The notes under the pieces are model-generated. The model had not been told where the DNA came from. It did no database searches and saw nothing but the letters and a program-made list of their open reading frames with translations. Below are positions 44,427 through 53,663 of a stretch of DNA of 64,000 nt, piece by piece. Source of the stretch: Phycisphaerae bacterium (lineage in GTDB: Bacteria; Planctomycetota; Phycisphaerae; UBA1845; Fen-1342); assembly GCA_050115495.1 (NCBI GenBank), contig JASFQK010000006.1:64001-128000 (forward strand). The letters run 5' to 3'. Position numbers and translations under genes: made by a program. Positions within the stretch are counted from its first letter, which is position 1. Each line of letters starts with the position of its first letter.

Positions 44427-46243
44427 CAGGCTGAACCGTCCGCGTTCTGCACGACGGCCCGCAACGCCTCCAGTCGCTGAGCGTAGCTGTGATGCTTGCG
44501 CAGATGCCGGCGCGTCCGGTCGGCACGCCGGTCGGTCGTCCGCGGCTCCTGCTGCAACGCCGCGCTCAGGTCGTTCAAACCGGCAAACGGCAAGTAATGT
44601 TGTTGTGGTTCGAGAATGCCCCCCAGCGCCGCGGTGCGCGACTGTCCGCCCGGGCTGTGCAGCAGCAACGGCCAGCCGCTCGCCCCGGCATGCAACAGCG
44701 CCGGCGTGAGCGGGTCCGTGCCGCCGGCGAAGATCGCCGCCATCGGCCGACGTCCTGCGGGCACATCGAATGCGCTGCGCGCTAATACCTCTATCTCCTT
44801 GCCCGGCCGGCGAGCCCACCCATTGCCGATGACCTGCACCGTGCCGAGCGACGCGGCGATCGCCTGTCCGATTCTTTCCAGTATGGCGACCGGGATCAAG
44901 GCCAGCTCGATGCGCTCGATGAATCGAGCCCGCAAAGCGGCGTCGCCCAGGCCCGCACCGGCCTGCCGCTCGGCGTGCGCCAACAGCCCCGCCGGATGCA
45001 GCACATCCCGAGTGTCCCATACACGGGCCGCCTGTTGCTGAAGCCGCGTCCAAAGCTGCTGATGCGAGGGTTGTCCCGCGCCGCACGCCGCCGCGCTGTC
45101 ATCTGGATAATCGGCGATCAGCCATACTTCGCGTACCGGCGGCGACAAATCAGCGTCGGCTTGCGCGGCGCAACCCCAATACCACTCGCCTACGCGGATC
45201 CCCTCCGGGGCGGCCGCACGCAAAGCCGTCGCGATTCGTGGCGACGCCGCCAACCGCAGCACGCCGTCCGCCGGCAACCGCGCCGGCACATCCCGGCAAT
45301 CCTGCACCCATTCGCACACCACACCCGGCAACGGCACAGGCAGTCGCCCCGGCACCTGCCGCACGCACAGGGTCACATCCGGCGTGAACTCCGCCAACGC
45401 CTCGTAGTGCGGCAACATCCCCACGTCGACCGGCCCCGTCAGCGCCCGCCGCAATACAGGCCATCCAAGACCCTTCGTAGCTTGCTCAACCGCAACAGCG
45501 GTGGCGCGGGCCGTCGAATCCGGTGTGAGCGCGAGAACAGCCACCCGCGGCCGCTCCGGCAACGCTCCCGCCGCGCCAGCAGCCGGCACAGCCAGCTCCT
45601 TCATCCGCGCCGAGCGCCCGCCGGAAACCTCCTGCGCCAAACGCTCGCACACCGCGCGAACCTGCTCCAGCCGCGCCGCCGCCACCCCCGGCAGCACCAC
45701 GATATTCCCCGGCGGCAGAAGCCCGGTGTGCTCACTCAGCAACCGGCTCAGCGAGGCGTGTTCTGCGCCCGGCTGCGCCAGAATGCACCGCATCGACGCC
45801 ACGGCCTCCGCCACCCGCACCACGCGCAACACCGCCGCCAGAACAGCGAGATCCGGCTCAAACACATACACAGCGCGGTAATACGGCAATCGTTCGAGCA
45901 GCGACCCCAACTCCGCCCCGACCAGCAGCGCCGGAATCGACAGGTTCAGCTCCCCCAGCTGGAAGCCCGTCAGGAGGGCCTCAGCCCGAGCCGTGGGCAC
46001 CGCCGACCCGGACAGCCAGGCGGCGGGATTGCCGGGCCGTTCGGTCCGATAAGTTGGCCACCCATCGAGCGCGCGCACGGGCCGCCAGTCGGCGGGGACG
46101 GCGGTACACTCGACCGCCACCGCCAACTCCGGTTGCTGTTTCCGCAAGGCGGCGAGGTTATCGGCCCATATGTCAGGATCGGGAACCAGCGGCTCGACCG
46201 CGTCGAGGCGGGACAGGTCGATCGCCGGCGTATCCGCGCTCAT
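44426..46243 (-). CDS. Putative glycosyltransferase-like protein (Maf-like N-terminus, CgeB/GT-B-like C-terminus)
   Basis: WADNLAALRKQQPELA...VYVFEPDLAVL; LEPQQHYLPF...RRHLRKHHSYAQRLEAL. Confidence 0.6.
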   Translation of the reverse strand: MSADTPAIDLSRLDAVEPLVPDPDIWADNLAALRKQQPELAVAVECTAVPADWRPVRALDGWPTYRTERPGNPAAWLSGSAVPTARAEALLTGFQLGELNLSIPALLVGAELGSLLERLPYYRAVYVFEPDLAVLAAVLRVVRVAEAVASMRCILAQPGAEHASLSRLLSEHTGLLPPGNIVVLPGVAAARLEQVRAVCERLAQEVSGGRSARMKELAVPAAGAAGALPERPRVAVLALTPDSTARATAVAVEQATKGLGWPVLRRALTGPVDVGMLPHYEALAEFTPDVTLCVRQVPGRLPVPLPGVVCEWVQDCRDVPARLPADGVLRLAASPRIATALRAAAPEGIRVGEWYWGCAAQADADLSPPVREVWLIADYPDDSAAACGAGQPSHQQLWTRLQQQAARVWDTRDVLHPAGLLAHAERQAGAGLGDAALRARFIERIELALIPVAILERIGQAIAASLGTVQVIGNGWARRPGKEIEVLARSAFDVPAGRRPMAAIFAGGTDPLTPALLHAGASGWPLLLHSPGGQSRTAALGGILEPQQHYLPFAGLNDLSAALQQEPRTTDRRADRTRRHLRKHHSYAQRLEALRAVVQNADGSA

Positions 46244-46401
46244 ACCCAATAGAACTCGCGCACGGCCAGCACGAGCAGGAAGACGAACCACCCCACACAC
46301 AGAACGATCCACACGTACAACGGCACGCGAGATCGTGGCACACCGGCACCAAACGGCGCAGGATTCGTCTCAGCGGGCGCAGGCGGCTTCTTCTTGCTCA
46401 T
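46240..46401 (-). CDS. 53-aa single-pass membrane microprotein
   Basis: MSKKKPPAPAETNPAPFGAGVPRSRVPLYVWIVLCVGWFVFLLVLAVREFYWV; ATGA overlaps with both neighbours. Confidence 0.75.
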   Translation of the reverse strand: MSKKKPPAPAETNPAPFGAGVPRSRVPLYVWIVLCVGWFVFLLVLAVREFYWV

Positions 46402-47576
46402 GGGCTCGATTTCCCATCGGTATCGGTTCCGGCCGCGGCCGGCGGTTCACTGGGTGGCTCATCGGGCGGCGGCGAGCCAGGCGGTCCCGTCGCCAGCCGC
46501 CGCACTTCCGGCAGCAGGTATTCCGCGCCGAGCACCTTCACCGTGCTGGTCACCGGAATAGCCAGCAGCATACCCAGCAGGCCGGCCCAATGCGCCCCGA
46601 TCAGCAGGACCAGCACGGTCGTCAGCGGATGCAGGCCGGAGGATTGTGACTCGATAATCGGGCTCAGCACGAACGACTCGAGCGCCTGGGCCGCCATGTA
46701 CACCACCATGACCAGGATCACCGGCATGGCCCAGTTTCCGCTCGGGGCGGTCTGGAAATACGTGACCACCAGGGCCGGAGGCAGGGCCAGGACGGACATG
46801 AACGGCACGAGGTTCAGCACGCCGGCCAGCCCGCCCAGCGGCAACCCGTACGGCACGCCGACCAGCGTCCAGCCCAGGCCGGTCGCCAGACCGACGAGGA
46901 AGCAGACGATCAGGCGGCCGCGGAAGAAGTTGGCGACGGCCCGGTCGGCCGTGCAGGTCACGTGCACGATCACCGGGCGGTAGGCCGCTGGCAGGTGATC
47001 GCGAATCGTACTGATGATCGCGTCAAACCGCCACAGGAAGAAGAACGTATACACCGGAATCAGCACGAACACCGACACCCAGTTGAGCACGTTGGTGAAC
47101 AGCTTCGTCAGGAACCCGAGTGTGGCGTTGGCCACGTCCACACCGTGCTGCGTAATGAGCGGGCCGATTTCCTGCCACCAGTCCGCGGCCGGCATGGTGG
47201 TCGTCGGCTGGCCGGTGCCGTGGTGCGCCGTAGCCAGCCATTGCTTGGCGGACTGCACGTACGTGCCGATGTTCGCCCGCAGCTCCACGGCCTGCTCGAC
47301 CGTCTTGAGCGTCACGAACAGCCCCACGATCAGCAGCAGGGCGAGCCCCACGCCGAACAGCACGCTCACCGCGAAGAGCCGCTGCACGCCGCGCTGTTCG
47401 AGCCGGGCCACCACCGGATTGAGGATGTAGGCCAGCACCGCGGCGACGAGCAGCGGCGTGAGCACCGGGCGCAGATCGAACAGCACCCAGCACACCAGCA
47501 GCAGCGCCGCCAGCACACCCGCCAGCCGCAACCAGCGTGCGGCGCCCTCCGATATTCGCGGCAGGTAGCGATCCAT
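46398..47576 (-). CDS. AI-2E family transporter
   Basis: PLLVAAVLAYILNPVV, FFRGRLIV, GVLNLVPF, LESFVLSP...GLHP...GLLGMLLAIP. Confidence 0.92.
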   Translation of the reverse strand: MDRYLPRISEGAARWLRLAGVLAALLLVCWVLFDLRPVLTPLLVAAVLAYILNPVVARLEQRGVQRLFAVSVLFGVGLALLLIVGLFVTLKTVEQAVELRANIGTYVQSAKQWLATAHHGTGQPTTTMPAADWWQEIGPLITQHGVDVANATLGFLTKLFTNVLNWVSVFVLIPVYTFFFLWRFDAIISTIRDHLPAAYRPVIVHVTCTADRAVANFFRGRLIVCFLVGLATGLGWTLVGVPYGLPLGGLAGVLNLVPFMSVLALPPALVVTYFQTAPSGNWAMPVILVMVVYMAAQALESFVLSPIIESQSSGLHPLTTVLVLLIGAHWAGLLGMLLAIPVTSTVKVLGAEYLLPEVRRLATGPPGSPPPDEPPSEPPAAAGTDTDGKSSP

Positions 47577-47591
47577 AGACTGGATTGTCGG

Positions 47592-48029
47592 CTATTCGTC
47601 CTCGGCGTCCAGAGGGATCATGTAGGAATCGAACGCCTCGTCGAAGTCGAACACTTCGTCGAAGTCCGCAATCGTGTCCGACTCCTGCGTCGCCATCTGG
47701 TCGAACTCCACGAGGAAATAGACGATCTCACCGAAGTCGCGCGTGCCACGGATGTTCCACTGGTTGAGCACTGCTCGGGCCAGCATGCCCCAGCGGCGCA
47801 GGGCCAGCTCCCGTAGACCCTCGCACAGTTCGCGGCCGGTGACGTGTCGCGGCGGGGGCCGGTCCGGCGAATCCACCATCTTGTTCGTGAATTCCAACCC
47901 GTCCTGGACGAAGATATACGCCCCCGGCGGATAGCGGCCGTCGTCGTAGATAGCCCGCAGGAGTTTGTCGCGACGGTCTTCTTCCATGACCGCGTGCACC
48001 TCGGCGTCGGTCAGGTTAGGCGCTGGCAT
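47592..48029 (-). CDS. Minf_1886-type conserved PVC protein
   Basis: DGRYPPGAYIFVQDGL...HVTGRELC...WGMLARAVLNQW...TRDFGEIVY...DFDEVFDF; start is 48029 or 47987. Confidence 0.85.
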   Translation of the reverse strand: MPAPNLTDAEVHAVMEEDRRDKLLRAIYDDGRYPPGAYIFVQDGLEFTNKMVDSPDRPPPRHVTGRELCEGLRELALRRWGMLARAVLNQWNIRGTRDFGEIVYFLVEFDQMATQESDTIADFDEVFDFDEAFDSYMIPLDAEDE

Positions 48030-49332
48030 CGGCCGGCGGACCACCGGCGTCATCCCGCCGCGGCCGGCGCCGGCGACGACCGCGCCGCCGACTCGATCGT
48101 GGGCGCGGCGCCGTCTCCCCGCCCTCTGTCCCGCCCTGCGGTCCTGCCTCTGGCGCCCGTGGCGGCGCCTCGCCGGAAACGGACGGCCCCTCGGCCGGCG
48201 CGGATGGCGCCGTATCCGGCACCGCTTCGTCCGGACGCCGCCCCGACCGTGGACGCGACCCCCGGCGCGAACGCCGACGACCGCGGCTCGCTCGCTCATC
48301 CTCGGCCGCCGCGGGCTCACTCGGCGCCGGCGGTCGTGGCGGTGGCGCCGGCGGTGCTGGCGTTTCGCCCTCGCGCGGCGGTGGCGGCGGCTTCGGCAGA
48401 TCGAACGCCGTGATCTCCTCGTACGCCACCGTGAATATCTTGCCGTCGTCCCCACGCAGACTCACCAACTGCGTCAGCACCTGGTGATCCACGACCGTCC
48501 CTTCGCCCCCGGCAGTGGCCACGCGTGTACCTCGGCGCGGCAGCCGGGTGGCCAGCTCCTGGTACCCCTCGTTCTCGTACCGCAGGCAGCAGCGCAGCCG
48601 ACCGCAGCGCCCCGAGACCTTCGCCGGATCGAGCGTCGACTTCTGCAACTTGGCCATCTTCATGTTCACCGGGCGGAGCGACTTGAGGAAATTGCGGCAG
48701 CAGCACTCGCGGCCGCAGACCTCCCAGTCGGCCACCAGCCGGGCTTCGTCGCGGGCCCCCACCTGCCGCATCTCGATACGCGTGCGGTAGCGGTGGGCCA
48801 GATCCTTGACCAGGTCGCGAAAGTCGATGCGTCCCTCGGCCCGGAAGTAGAAGACGATCCGCTCGCCACCCAGCAGGTGCTCGGCCACCACCACCTTCAT
48901 GTCGAGGCGGTGCTCGGCGGCCACCTGCGCACACAGGCGGATGTCCTCCTGTGTGTGGGCGTTGAGCCGGCGATGCTCGTCGACGTCCTGTGACGTCGCC
49001 TCGCGCAGAATGCGGCCGGCGTTCGGGCGGCAGAAATCCTGCCCGCTGACACCGATGTACTTCTGCCGCTGCTCACGCGTGACGGCCTGCGGGTGATCGT
49101 CGCAGCACAGGTCAAGCTGCTGGCCAAGCTCGATGCCGCGATCGGTTTGCACCACGACGTATACGCCGCAGCGGCTGAGCGTCCCCGGCCGGCAGGTGAA
49201 CTCGCCTACCCAGTTCATGGCGCTGTACCGCACGACCGTGGTCGTCGGGCGGCGCCGGTTCTCGCGCGGCTCGGTTCGGTTGGAACCGTTCCGGGCTGGT
49301 TCGGGTCGCTGCGGTTCGGGGGCGTCACTCAT
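48016..49332 (-). CDS. PSP1-domain RicT/YaaT-like Fe-S regulatory protein
   Basis: FYFRAEGRIDFRDLVKDL, RIEMRQVGARDEA, CGRECCC, MKMAKLQ, KVSGRCGRLRCCLRYE. Confidence 0.92.
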   Translation of the reverse strand: MSDAPEPQRPEPARNGSNRTEPRENRRRPTTTVVRYSAMNWVGEFTCRPGTLSRCGVYVVVQTDRGIELGQQLDLCCDDHPQAVTREQRQKYIGVSGQDFCRPNAGRILREATSQDVDEHRRLNAHTQEDIRLCAQVAAEHRLDMKVVVAEHLLGGERIVFYFRAEGRIDFRDLVKDLAHRYRTRIEMRQVGARDEARLVADWEVCGRECCCRNFLKSLRPVNMKMAKLQKSTLDPAKVSGRCGRLRCCLRYENEGYQELATRLPRRGTRVATAGGEGTVVDHQVLTQLVSLRGDDGKIFTVAYEEITAFDLPKPPPPPREGETPAPPAPPPRPPAPSEPAAAEDERASRGRRRSRRGSRPRSGRRPDEAVPDTAPSAPAEGPSVSGEAPPRAPEAGPQGGTEGGETAPRPRSSRRRGRRRRRPRRDDAGGPPADASA

Positions 49333-49435
49333 GCATCACTCTCGGCCGGGCGGCTCGTCCACCATGGCCCCCGGACCGGCCGCGAGGCACGGTGCCGGCC
49401 GCCACCTCGGGCCACGGCACGCGCTCATTCTGGTC

Positions 49436-52162
49436 TCAGGTGGGGATTTCGACAAGTTGATCGAGGCTGCGTGGCCCGCGGATCTCGCGTACCCCGACGC
49501 GCAGCACGCCGCCGGCCAGCTTGCGAGCCCGCGGCAGGACGTAGCGGCACGTCTGGCGTTCGTTGGGCCGCACGTCGAGGAAGGTCTGTTCGAGCTGCGC
49601 CCGTCCCGGCGCCTGGCAGAAGGCACTGAAACTGACGGTTACGGCCGATGTGTTGGCCAGCGACTGGTCGACGATCAGGTCGTCGCCGTCCCACCGGGCC
49701 CGCGTCTGGACGTCGATGTCGCGTATCCGCACCGACAGTGGGGCCGCCAGTTCGAGCACCACGCCCACCGGGCTGCGCAGCTCGACCTGCACGCCCAGCA
49801 GTCGCTCCATGGCGATTTCCCGTGGCGGCAGCTCCAGGTCGAGCGGGTGGGTCAGCTCCTCCTCGGGAGCCAGGTCGAAATGGACGTCACGCGGCTCCAG
49901 GCGCCAGTCCGGCGGCAGCGAGCAGGTGGCCGTGCCGCGCAACCGCTCGCTGTAATAATTCCGCAGGTGCAGCACGGGACGCGGCTCCGCCACGTGCAAC
50001 TGGAGCCAGTCGGGCCGCACCCGGAAGCTCGCCTGCAACAGCGCCAGCGGCGCGTCAATCTGCTCGATGATAAACGGTTCCGGCGACAGGTGGACCTGCG
50101 CCCGGTGCTCCCGCACCTCCAGCGGCACACGCCGGCCGGTGAGATCCACGGCCACCGGGGCGTCGCCGAGATACAGCTCCACCGGCGCTGTCTGTACTTC
50201 CGCCCGCCACGTCCACAGCACGACACAGGACGACAGCTCGTCGCTGAAGAAGACCGCCAGGCCGTCCTGGTCGGGCAGGGGCATGGCGGCCACGGCCTGC
50301 TTGCCGCCGATGTAGTGGAACAGCGTGCGCAGGGCGATGTACGCCTCGGTCGGCTGCCAGGCCAGACTCCCGCCGCCGCCCGAGATCTCGAACGGCGCGG
50401 GTACGAAGACACGCTCGGCGCCGAGGGCCTTGGCCAGCACCAGCCGGCGGGCCCCTTCGAGGATGCGTTGGTCGTACGCCAGCTCCGCCCGCGGTTGATC
50501 CAGCAGCAGCCACACCGTGGGCAGCCCCACCGGACCGAGCCCGAGCGTATCGGGGGCAGTGTCCGGCGACACGCCGGCCAGCGCGGCCAACTGCGCGGGG
50601 AGTGACCGGGTCGGCCATTCAGACGGCACGGCGATCGAGACCGTGCGCGAGCCGCCGGTCGCCATGGGCGTTTCCGCCGGCTTCAGCGCCGTCACCGTGG
50701 CGGGGATCACGAGTTCCGCGGCGGTGACGAAGCGTTGCAGGTGCCCACGCAGGGTGGTCAGCGTCGGCCCGTCCCACGCATCGGCCCAGGCAGCGTCGGT
50801 CGTCTCGGCTCCCAACTGCCACGTGGTCACCAATCCGCCCAGATACGCCATCATCGGGGCCAAGTGCTGCTGGAAGCCCGTCACGCTGGTGAGGTACGGA
50901 TACGTCGCCCGAGTGTCGAGCTGCTGCGAAGCAGCCTCCGGCGGGAGGAGCACGCCCGCCACGTCGACGTAGCCGGCCACCAGCGTCCGAAAGACGTCGC
51001 GAACCTGGTCGACGTAGGCGACCTTGGAGGGGGTGTCCAACTCGTCCAGCATCGGCACGCCCAGCTTGACGGCGCCGCAGCGCAGCTCGTGAACCAGTTC
51101 ATCCAGGCCTTCGACGCCCGCCATCCGCCAGAGACCGACGTCCACGCCGAGGTCCGCCGATGCGCGCGGCTTGGCCGGCAGATCGGGCAGCACCGCAAAC
51201 CGGACGGTGCGGCACAGCAACGCCGTCTCATCACGACGGAGGTACAGCTCGGCCTCGTACAGGCCGGGGTCCAGCGACGGCAGAGGAATCTCGAGCGGCC
51301 GCACCGACTCGCCCGGCACGTCGTACTGCTCGCGGTGCACCTGCTGCCCTTCAACGTCCGTGATCCGCAATTCCGTGGTCAGCGGGGCCGTCGAAGCGTT
51401 GCGCAAGTCGCAGACAACCCGCACCGTCTCGCCGGGACGAACGAGCCCCGCCGGATCGGACAGGGCCAGGCGCACGCGCGGCAACTGGTAGACGGTGATG
51501 TCGTCGAACCAGACGGTCGCGTCGACCTCCTGGCGGATGATGGGGTCGAGGTGGGCGGGCGACGGCGGGTTCCAGAGCTCGCCCTGGAGGACGTACAGGC
51601 CCAGCCGCAACGCCGTGGCCGTCGGGTAGTCGCCCGAGATCGTCAGCTCGACACGCTGCCAGGGCTCATCGCCACCGGCTGAACCGTCGGAAGTGACGAG
51701 GCGCGTCACGCGGTCGCTGCCGCCGACGTGCCCGCCGGTCGCATCGACCAGGCAGGCATGCACGAAAGCCTGGGCGTAGTGCAGGCTGCGGGCCCTGATG
51801 TAGCCCACGACGAGGTAGTCCGCCCCGAGGACCACCGGCAGGTCGGCGTCGCGGTACTCGTAGGCCACGCTGCCGCCGTTCACCTCGAAGACGAACGACG
51901 GCGGCGCGTCGTGACCGTCCTGGTCATCGAAGCGCCCGGAGGTGTAGCGGGGGAAACCGTCGCCGACCAGACGCTCCCAGTACATGGGAACTTCCTCGTA
52001 GTTCCCCAGCGGGCGTTCGTCGAAGTCGAAGCATTTGACGACCTGGAACAGGCCGGCCCCCACCTCGCTGGCTGGCGAATCCGGGGGCGCGGACGGGTCG
52101 GCCCCGCTCAGGGCCGCCGCCGACAGCAGCGTCGAAATGAGCGCGCAATACCACCGCGACAT
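49436..52162 (-). CDS. Large secreted hypothetical protein (CBM-like, GH-like barrel remnant, Ig-like domains)
   Basis: Signal peptide; FDFDER...VWFDDITV; TWQLGAE; LPPDWRLEP. Confidence 0.75.
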   Translation of the reverse strand: MSRWYCALISTLLSAAALSGADPSAPPDSPASEVGAGLFQVVKCFDFDERPLGNYEEVPMYWERLVGDGFPRYTSGRFDDQDGHDAPPSFVFEVNGGSVAYEYRDADLPVVLGADYLVVGYIRARSLHYAQAFVHACLVDATGGHVGGSDRVTRLVTSDGSAGGDEPWQRVELTISGDYPTATALRLGLYVLQGELWNPPSPAHLDPIIRQEVDATVWFDDITVYQLPRVRLALSDPAGLVRPGETVRVVCDLRNASTAPLTTELRITDVEGQQVHREQYDVPGESVRPLEIPLPSLDPGLYEAELYLRRDETALLCRTVRFAVLPDLPAKPRASADLGVDVGLWRMAGVEGLDELVHELRCGAVKLGVPMLDELDTPSKVAYVDQVRDVFRTLVAGYVDVAGVLLPPEAASQQLDTRATYPYLTSVTGFQQHLAPMMAYLGGLVTTWQLGAETTDAAWADAWDGPTLTTLRGHLQRFVTAAELVIPATVTALKPAETPMATGGSRTVSIAVPSEWPTRSLPAQLAALAGVSPDTAPDTLGLGPVGLPTVWLLLDQPRAELAYDQRILEGARRLVLAKALGAERVFVPAPFEISGGGGSLAWQPTEAYIALRTLFHYIGGKQAVAAMPLPDQDGLAVFFSDELSSCVVLWTWRAEVQTAPVELYLGDAPVAVDLTGRRVPLEVREHRAQVHLSPEPFIIEQIDAPLALLQASFRVRPDWLQLHVAEPRPVLHLRNYYSERLRGTATCSLPPDWRLEPRDVHFDLAPEEELTHPLDLELPPREIAMERLLGVQVELRSPVGVVLELAAPLSVRIRDIDVQTRARWDGDDLIVDQSLANTSAVTVSFSAFCQAPGRAQLEQTFLDVRPNERQTCRYVLPRARKLAGGVLRVGVREIRGPRSLDQLVEIPT

Positions 52163-52249
52163 AGCGCTCTTAGCTATCGGTCGTTCCGGGGGACTGGGCT
52201 AAGCGCCAGCGGCCGCCAGATGGGTTTATCGGTCGTGCCGGCCCGCCAC

Positions 52250-52738
52250 CTAGAACAGCGGCTTGCGGCCGAGCTTTCGCCGAATGGGGACAAACTGGCC
52301 CGCGTGCATCAGCTCGTGCGCGCCAATCATCATGTAGACCGCCCCGATTGTGGCGGCGAAGGCCCGCATGGATTCGGGAGCCGGCTTGTCGAAATCGGCC
52401 TCGGGTCGGGCCGCCAGCGCCGCCAACGTTCCCGCCCGCATCTTCTCCATCAGGGCCAGATACCCGTCCTTCGCCAGGAACTTCGCCGGGTCGTCCGACG
52501 TAGCAGATTCGGGACTGTGGGCCTCGGCGAAGCCCTCGGGGAGAGCCGGCATCTCGTCGCCGATGGCGGCGATCATGTGCTGCTCGGACGTGATCAGGTG
52601 GCCGAGCTGCCAGGCGATGTGGTTCGTACCGGGCACCGAGCGGACGAGCAGCTCGGCGTCGGTCAGGTTGTCCAGGTAGCTGATCGTAACGTGGTGGCAG
52701 AACTCGATCGTGCTGCGGGTGGCTTCTTTCGCGGTCAT
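52250..52738 (-). CDS. DinB family protein
   Basis: NHIAWQLGHL and HELMHAGQ motifs; start at ATG 52738. Confidence 0.88.
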   Translation of the reverse strand: MTAKEATRSTIEFCHHVTISYLDNLTDAELLVRSVPGTNHIAWQLGHLITSEQHMIAAIGDEMPALPEGFAEAHSPESATSDDPAKFLAKDGYLALMEKMRAGTLAALAARPEADFDKPAPESMRAFAATIGAVYMMIGAHELMHAGQFVPIRRKLGRKPLF

Positions 52739-52850
52739 GGTGGTCGCTCCGTTCGAGGGTGGCCCGGGCGGGCCGGCTCGCGCAGATCGGAAACTCGGGT
52801 AACATGATCCCGCGCCGGCATGCGTTTGGAAAGCACGCCCGGAATCGAAC

Positions 52851-53660
52851 ATGACACGGATCCTCGGCATCCTGAACATCACGCGCGACTCGTTTTCCGA
52901 CGGCGGCCGTTACCTGACGCCCGACGCGGCCTGGCAGCACGCGCAGCGGCTCATCGCTGACGGTGCCGACGCCATCGACATCGGGGCCGAATCGACCCAT
53001 CCCGACGCCGAGGACGTGGACGCCGACGAGGAGCTGGCCCGGCTCACGCCCGTGCTGACGCAATTGAAGGTGGCCGGTGTAGCCGTTTCAGTGGACACCT
53101 GCAAGCCGGCGGTGATGCGCGGCGTGCTGAAGCTCGGCGCCGACTACATCAACGACGTCGCCGGCCTCGGCACGCTGGAAGCGGTGGATGCCGTGCGCGA
53201 CAGCGACGCCCGGCTTATCCTGATGCACTCGACGGCCCGCGGCACACGCGCCGAGCGCGTAGCCGTCGACCCCGCCACGATCGTCGAACGCATCGTCGCC
53301 TTCTTCGCCGACCGGCTGGAGAGTCTGGAGCGGGCCAGCATCGACCGCCGCCGCGTGATTCTCGATCCCGGCATGGGCTTCTTCCTCGGCGATCGCCCGG
53401 AAGCCAGCCTCGCCGTGCTATGCGACATCGACCGGCTGAAATCGCTCGGCTGCCCGGTGCTGATCTCCACGTCGCGCAAATCGTTCATCGGCGCGCTGCT
53501 CGGCACCGACGACCAGCCACGACCGGTGGCCGAGCGCGGCGCCGGCACGCTGGCGACCGAACTCTGGGCCGCGGCTCACGGCGCCGACTACCTGCGAACT
53601 CACAACGTGCGCGCCCTCCGCGACGCGCTGGCCATCTGGCAGGCTCTCGAAAGGAGCTAG
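52851..53660 (+). CDS. folP: Dihydropteroate synthase, Sul-like
   Basis: GILNITRDSFSDGG, IDIGAEST, INDV, ILMH, LDPGMGFFLG, SRKSF, LRTHNV. Confidence 0.95.
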   Translation: MTRILGILNITRDSFSDGGRYLTPDAAWQHAQRLIADGADAIDIGAESTHPDAEDVDADEELARLTPVLTQLKVAGVAVSVDTCKPAVMRGVLKLGADYINDVAGLGTLEAVDAVRDSDARLILMHSTARGTRAERVAVDPATIVERIVAFFADRLESLERASIDRRRVILDPGMGFFLGDRPEASLAVLCDIDRLKSLGCPVLISTSRKSFIGALLGTDDQPRPVAERGAGTLATELWAAAHGADYLRTHNVRALRDALAIWQALERS

Positions 53661-53663
53661 ATC

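Noticed and set aside
44427..45086. N-terminal 220 aa of the 1200-aa ORF
   Set aside because: Overlaps the upstream gene out of frame; the signal peptide begins at 44426.
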